Source: Phycisphaerae bacterium (GTDB lineage: Bacteria; Planctomycetota; Phycisphaerae; UBA1845). Taken from it: 64,000 nucleotides of DNA. The notes under the pieces were generated by a model that saw only the letters and a program-made list of their open reading frames with translations, ran no database searches and had not been told where the DNA came from. Shown here one piece after another: positions 59,379 to 64,000 of the stretch; position 1 is the first letter of the stretch, and the number at the start of each line of letters is the position of its first letter. The stretch covers positions 259,254-323,253 of the forward strand of contig DAOQSN010000001.1 of assembly GCA_035356615.1 (NCBI GenBank), written 5' to 3'. The position numbers were made by a program, and so were the translations under genes.

Positions 59379-61289
59379 TCAACTGAACAGTTTGAGCACG
59401 GCCGACAGGCCGGAGAAGCCATACAACAACAATACGGCCGCCAGGACGACCACGCAGCCGAAACCGATGATCTTCAACGTCAGCCGCCAGGCGAACGACG
59501 ACGCCCAGATGCTCAGCAGCACGGGGCTCTCGCCTTGCAGCTCGTACATGAACTCGATGGGTGGTCGGTCGGTCTGCTCGGCCGTCTCGGGCACAATGCG
59601 GCCGAAGGAGAAGGCCGCGTCGCGGGCGTGGCAGTCCGTGCAGCCGCCCGCCCCGAGCGCCTGGCGGGCGGGGCGCACGTCGTGCCCCAGCGGCCAGACG
59701 TATGGTTTCGCAGCCGGGTGCTCGAAGGTCCGCACGCTGCCGTCGGGATGGCGGGCATGTACCAGTCCCGCGCGCACATACACGGGCGTACCGGCTTCCC
59801 CACCTTCGGGCTTGACTGCCTCGGCCAGCGCGGCCAGCCCGCGGGCCATGGCGTCCGGCGTGAGCGCTTCAGCCGACACCGACGGCGCGGACCGGGGCGA
59901 AATGCCGAGCGCCGCCTGTACGCGGTCGAGCGGCAGCGGGCGCACCGCGTCGCCCGTCAGGATGCCCCAGAACGCCGGCCACAGCATCCGGTGCGGCGTC
60001 AGCTTCTCGTCCTCGCCCATGACGAAGACCGGCCCGTAGATTTCCGGCGGGGTCGTGGCCGCGCGCTCCTTGCTGCCGATGCCTAGGCCGTGCGCCAGCG
60101 AAGTCTGCAGCCGGCGGACGTGTCCCGTCGGCCAAGGCCCGCAGTGACAGGCGGTGCAACTCAATTCGCGCAGGTGCAGCGGGGGCAGACCGCGATGCCG
60201 CGGGCGCGGCGCACCCAGCCGACCGTCCAGCCGCGCCGACGCGGGGGCCGACGCAGTGTCACCCAAGTGACACCCACGGCAGGTCAAGGCGGTCGAGGCG
60301 GACGCAACCGCCGGCGCGCCTTCGCCCTCGAAGCCGCGCCCGATGGCATGGTCCAGACCGTGGCGGTGGCAGTCGACGCAGGTCAGGCCCGCGGTCAGAT
60401 GCACGTCGGAGTCGGCGCGCGGGGTTTCCGCGACCGTGGGGTCCACCTCCCGCACCGTGTGGCAGAAGTAGCAGCGGTCCGCGGAGCACCTCTTCGTCGT
60501 GCTGAAGAACACACGGTCATCGGTGTCGAAGCGGGCCCGGTCGTAGACCGCTTTCGGCCCGGCTTGCTCGGGGAAGTCCGGGTTCGGCGGGGCCAACGGG
60601 TCCCAGTCGTCGGGCACCTGCCGGGCGTCCCCGCGCACGACGGCCACCCCGAGGGCGGCGGTCGCGCTCCAGCGGAAGTTCTCCCGCTCGATCTGTCGGG
60701 CAGTCTCGGCCGGATCATGGCGCCCGTCGGCGCTGTGGCAGACCAGGCAGTCGATCTGGAGCGGACCCGAGATGCGCCAGCGGGCGGCCTCGGGCGCCGC
60801 GGCGACGGCGGCCGGCACGGGCTCCGCCGGACCCCCGCCCGGCAGATGATGCCCGAAACGCAACACGAACTGCCAGTCCGTCAGACCGACCTGCTGGGGC
60901 GTGAACGTCCCCGGCCAGCTCCGTGCCGAGAGGGGCAACTGCGTGCCGCTGGCCGCGTCCACGAGCACCCACGGTTCGCCGGGGCGTCCCGGCCCCACGT
61001 CCGCCCGTGGAGCGTTGAAGTGCCAGCCGGAACTGATCGTGCCATAAGCGTGGCACTTCCCGCAGGTGCGGGCGGGTGAGTACGGCGCCGCCAGCGGGTC
61101 ACTCGGGCTGATCACGATGCCGTCGTCGTCATACAGAGTAAGCCGATGGACGTAGGGCGCCCGGCTGTCGGTGCGCAGAGCCTGCGACTCCTGCGGCTCC
61201 GCGGCCGGCACGAGCAATGGCACCGCCAGCATCACGATCGCCACCGAAGCTTGCCCTGCCGTCGCCGCGCGCATGGCTCCTGCCCGCAT
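59379..61289 (-). CDS. Heptahaem c-type cytochrome with signal peptide and C-terminal TM anchor
   Basis: Seven CxxCH motifs: CGKCH, CLVCH, CYFCH, CVDCH, CRGCH, CTACH and CTDCH. The signal peptide is ASVAIVMLAVPLLVPA and the C-terminal helix is IIGFGCVVVLAAVLLLYGF. Start taken at the ATG at 61289, 8 nt after the upstream stop. Confidence 0.85.
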   Translation of the reverse strand: MRAGAMRAATAGQASVAIVMLAVPLLVPAAEPQESQALRTDSRAPYVHRLTLYDDDGIVISPSDPLAAPYSPARTCGKCHAYGTISSGWHFNAPRADVGPGRPGEPWVLVDAASGTQLPLSARSWPGTFTPQQVGLTDWQFVLRFGHHLPGGGPAEPVPAAVAAAPEAARWRISGPLQIDCLVCHSADGRHDPAETARQIERENFRWSATAALGVAVVRGDARQVPDDWDPLAPPNPDFPEQAGPKAVYDRARFDTDDRVFFSTTKRCSADRCYFCHTVREVDPTVAETPRADSDVHLTAGLTCVDCHRHGLDHAIGRGFEGEGAPAVASASTALTCRGCHLGDTASAPASARLDGRLGAPRPRHRGLPPLHLRELSCTACHCGPWPTGHVRRLQTSLAHGLGIGSKERAATTPPEIYGPVFVMGEDEKLTPHRMLWPAFWGILTGDAVRPLPLDRVQAALGISPRSAPSVSAEALTPDAMARGLAALAEAVKPEGGEAGTPVYVRAGLVHARHPDGSVRTFEHPAAKPYVWPLGHDVRPARQALGAGGCTDCHARDAAFSFGRIVPETAEQTDRPPIEFMYELQGESPVLLSIWASSFAWRLTLKIIGFGCVVVLAAVLLLYGFSGLSAVLKLFS

Positions 61290-61296
61290 GTGCAAC

Positions 61297-62637
61297 CTAG
61301 ACCTGGAACGCGTCCGCGGGGAACTCGAGTTGCCGCCGGGCCGCCACCGCCTCATTGGCCAGCAGCACCGACACGGCCGTCTCATACGCGACCTCGGGCG
61401 GACAGGACAACGGCGTTCCCTCGCGAATGGCCCGGAAGAAGTTCTCCAAGTGGAGTTGGTGGACCGGCTTCTGGCTCTCCTCGAGCATGCGCTGGGCCTC
61501 CGGCGTCTTGGTGCCGTCGGGCGCCAGCGTCTCACCGACCTTCAGCTCGATCGCCTCCTTGCCCATGGTCTCGACCTTCTTGGCCTCGTCCTCCCACTCG
61601 CGCTTGGGGGCGGCCACCTCGCGGAAGATGAACCCCTTACGCGGGTCTTCGGAGATCACCATGGAGCCCTGGTCGCCCATGAAGGTCTCGTAGAAGCCGC
61701 CGTGGCTGGTGGTGCTGAGCACCTGGTAGAAGCCGCGCACGATCTTGCCCTCCACCGGGTACTCATAGACGGCCATGACGTTGTCGTACCACTCGCTGTT
61801 CTCGTAGTAGTCGTGCCCGCCGCCGGCCAGGACGGACTGCGGGCGGGCGTCGAGAATCCAGTTGAAGACGTCCACCTGGTGCGAGCCCAGGTCCGCCATC
61901 GGCCCACCGGAATACTGCCGGTACCAGCGCCAATTGCAGAACCGCTCCATGCTGTCGTAGCCGTGGCGCTTGAGGGTGGCGGCATCCATCTCCTCGCCCT
62001 TCGGCCAGCCCACTTCCAGCCGCTCCGCGCGGTTCCATTGCCCGTACACATGGGTGATGCGGCCGAGAATCTTGTCCTTGCGAATCAACTTGATCGCCTG
62101 ACCGTAGCGAGGATTGCTGCGGCGTTGGTGGCCGATCTGGAGGAGCTTGCCGGTCTCGCGGGCGGCCTGCACCATGCGGCGGGCGCCGTCCAGGTTGTTG
62201 GCCATCTCCTTTTCGCAGTACACGTGCCGCCCGGCGCGCAGACAGGCGGCCGCCTGCTCCGCGTGTACCCAGTCGGGCGTCGCAATGATCACGGCATCCA
62301 GGTCGGTCTCCTTGGCGAGCATCTCCTGGTAGTCGGCGTAGACCTTCACCGGCTGGTCGTACTTCTTGAGGATGTTGGCGGAGTAGCGCTGGTGGTAGGG
62401 CCAGATGTCACAGACGGCCGCGAAGCGGACGCCCGCGATCTTGAGGCACTGGGTCAGCAGGTTGCGCCCCTGGCTGCCCGCCCCGATCAGGGCGATGCGC
62501 AGCTCGGTCGCTGCCGGCTGGCTCTCCTGTGCCCACAGCGCCGGTGCCAGCAGCAGCCCCGCCCCGGCGGCCGTGGACTGCATGAATGCCCGGCGTGTCA
62601 AACCCCCGTCCGTCGTATTCGCGTTCCGTGTCGTCAT
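61297..62637 (-). CDS. TAT-exported Gfo/Idh/MocA-family oxidoreductase
   Basis: Twin-arginine signal LTRRAFMQSTAAGAGLLLAPALWA and the Rossmann motif IALIGAGSQGRN. Confidence 0.88.
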   Translation of the reverse strand: MTTRNANTTDGGLTRRAFMQSTAAGAGLLLAPALWAQESQPAATELRIALIGAGSQGRNLLTQCLKIAGVRFAAVCDIWPYHQRYSANILKKYDQPVKVYADYQEMLAKETDLDAVIIATPDWVHAEQAAACLRAGRHVYCEKEMANNLDGARRMVQAARETGKLLQIGHQRRSNPRYGQAIKLIRKDKILGRITHVYGQWNRAERLEVGWPKGEEMDAATLKRHGYDSMERFCNWRWYRQYSGGPMADLGSHQVDVFNWILDARPQSVLAGGGHDYYENSEWYDNVMAVYEYPVEGKIVRGFYQVLSTTSHGGFYETFMGDQGSMVISEDPRKGFIFREVAAPKREWEDEAKKVETMGKEAIELKVGETLAPDGTKTPEAQRMLEESQKPVHQLHLENFFRAIREGTPLSCPPEVAYETAVSVLLANEAVAARRQLEFPADAFQV

Positions 62638-62860
62638 GCCTCACCCCTAACCCAAGCCCTCGGTTCCCCGCCGACTCGCATACGCTGGCGATCCGTGAGT
62701 TTAGGTAACCCCGAGCCGTTTCGCAATACGGCGTGCCGCGCGCCGCCGCTCGGCACCGGCAACCCGCCGGGGGCCCCACGGGCGAGACGCCCGTGCCACG
62801 CTCTGGGCTGGGGGCACGGCCCGCACCCAGTCCGTTGACGCGCGAAGCCCGCTAGGCACA

Positions 62861-63703
62861 ATGCCGGGCAGGTTACCGGATTGGCCTGCGTCGGTCGTCG
62901 CCCGCATGAACAACCCTACCCCACAACCGCAGCCGGCGGAGTCGCCCGACACCCGCGCGCGTACCGCCTCCGGCACTGCTGAGTTGGCCATGTCCGTGGT
63001 GATCCCCGCGTACAACGAGGCCCGGCGCATCGGCCGAACGCTGGCCGCCCTGCGCGACTATGCCGATCGCACGAACGCCCAGTGGGAGGTGATCGTCGTA
63101 GACGACGGCAGCCGGGACGGTACCGCGGAGGCGGCCGCCCGCTGCGCCACCGAAACGCTGCCCGTGCAGGTGCTGCGTAACCCGGGCAACTGCGGCAAGG
63201 GCTATAGCGTACGTCGCGGCATGCTGGCGGCCGGGGCGCCGCTGGTCCTCATGTGCGATGCCGATCTTTCGACTCCCATCGAGGAGGTCGAGAAGCTGCA
63301 GCCGTGGCTCGCGCAGGGCTACGGCGTGGTGATCGGCTCGCGCCGCCTGCCGGATTCGGTGCTCGACCCGCCGCAGCCGTTTCTCCGCCGGCGGCTGGAC
63401 GCTGGCTTCCGGTTTCTGCGCCGGAGGTTGCTGCTGCCGGAGTTGCAGGATACACAATGCGGCTTCAAGCTCTTCACGCGCGAAGCCGTCCACGCGGTGT
63501 TCTCGCGCCAGCGCAGCAACGGCTTTGCGTTTGACTGCGAGGTGCTGGGTCTGGCCGGGCGGCTCGGCTACCGCGTCAAAGAGGTGGCCGTCCGCTGGTG
63601 CAACGACCCGGACAGCCGCGTCCGCCCCGTCCGCGACGCGTGCGCCATGCTGCTGAGCCTGCTGGTGATTCGCCACCGGCTGCGGGGCCGTGGCGCCGAG
63701 TGA
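62861..63703 (+). CDS. GT2 family glycosyltransferase (polyprenyl-phosphate glycosyltransferase-like)
   Basis: MSVVIPAYNEARRI, VIVVDDGSRDGT, MCDADLS and QCGFKLF are present. The start is uncertain (62861, 62906 or 62990). Confidence 0.85.
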   Translation: MPGRLPDWPASVVARMNNPTPQPQPAESPDTRARTASGTAELAMSVVIPAYNEARRIGRTLAALRDYADRTNAQWEVIVVDDGSRDGTAEAAARCATETLPVQVLRNPGNCGKGYSVRRGMLAAGAPLVLMCDADLSTPIEEVEKLQPWLAQGYGVVIGSRRLPDSVLDPPQPFLRRRLDAGFRFLRRRLLLPELQDTQCGFKLFTREAVHAVFSRQRSNGFAFDCEVLGLAGRLGYRVKEVAVRWCNDPDSRVRPVRDACAMLLSLLVIRHRLRGRGAE

Positions 63704-63943
63704 TTTCACGCACGACACGAGCGCCCGGAGTACGGCTGCATCAGCAGTCGCGACGCAGAGCCACGGCCGACGGCACAAGAAGCTGTGGCTCTCGGCACGT
63801 GGACGCACCGGCGACCGACCGGTCGGGCCGCCGGCGAGCGCGAGGTGGTGGCACCAGGTGGCGTGGCGCACGGACATCGGCGAATGGCATGGAGACGACA
63901 GGCCAGCGTGGCGCACGGACATCACGGAAGGCGGTGATGCCGG

Positions 63944-63986
63944 CATCTGAAATCTCCAATCTGAGATTTCAGATGGCAGAACCAGC
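63944..63986 (+). repeat. 7-nt-phased element (copy D6) with a 13-bp hairpin, at the window edge
   Basis: Reads ATCTGAA ATCTCCA ATCTGAG ATTTCAG ATGGCAG AACCAGC. The stem 63944-63956 pairs with 63963-63975. Confidence 0.6.
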
Positions 63987-64000
63987 AACACACAAGCGCG

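Noticed and set aside
63861-63923. 18-nt direct repeat GCGTGGCGCACGGACATC (63861-63878 and 63906-63923) near the window end.
   Set aside because: There are only two copies, in a region truncated by the window edge. The context is not enough to interpret it.

Overview
This is a high-GC bacterial chromosomal segment, roughly two-thirds G+C by eye. I call about 46 protein genes, one tRNA-Lys(UUU), one decayed DUF167 gene, and an unusually dense set of intergenic repeat families. All calls come from reading the ORF translations and the DNA by eye; no database search was run. Start codons are best guesses, chosen where an ATG/GTG with a Shine-Dalgarno or a signal peptide fits better than the longest ORF.

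Housekeeping genes recognised: uvrA, ligA, pckA plus an aminotransferase, trpF, folE, lpxK, rnhA, HU, a Ctp protease, mqnA/mqnC (futalosine menaquinone route) and apbE.

Gene content includes PEP-CTERM, FG-GAP, a TAT-exported Gfo/Idh/MocA enzyme, GT-C membrane proteins, the futalosine pathway and an [FeFe]-hydrogenase. This suggests an anaerobe-capable Gram-negative, possibly Planctomycetota-like; that placement is inference only.

Main modules:
- A receiver / NuoE-like / NuoF-like / HydA / ACT-like regulator [FeFe]-hydrogenase cluster. Its H-cluster motif reads TSCSPGW instead of TSCCPxW.
- A tightly coupled minus-strand operon: TAT oxidoreductase, heptahaem cytochrome c, cytochrome b, discoidin-domain protein and a GT-C glycosyltransferase, with a divergent GT2.
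- A low-GC single gene beside tRNA-Lys that fuses a PD-(D/E)xK-like domain to an MNT-type nucleotidyltransferase.
- A MEMO-family protein with a PqqD/RRE-like N-terminal domain, bracketed by a 35-nt inverted repeat pair.
- A REP-associated tyrosine transposase flanked by inverted REP clusters.

At least five repeat families punctuate nearly every operon boundary. The most striking is a set of 7-nt-phased (GAAnnnn-type) elements.

No CRISPR array, integrase or prophage was seen.
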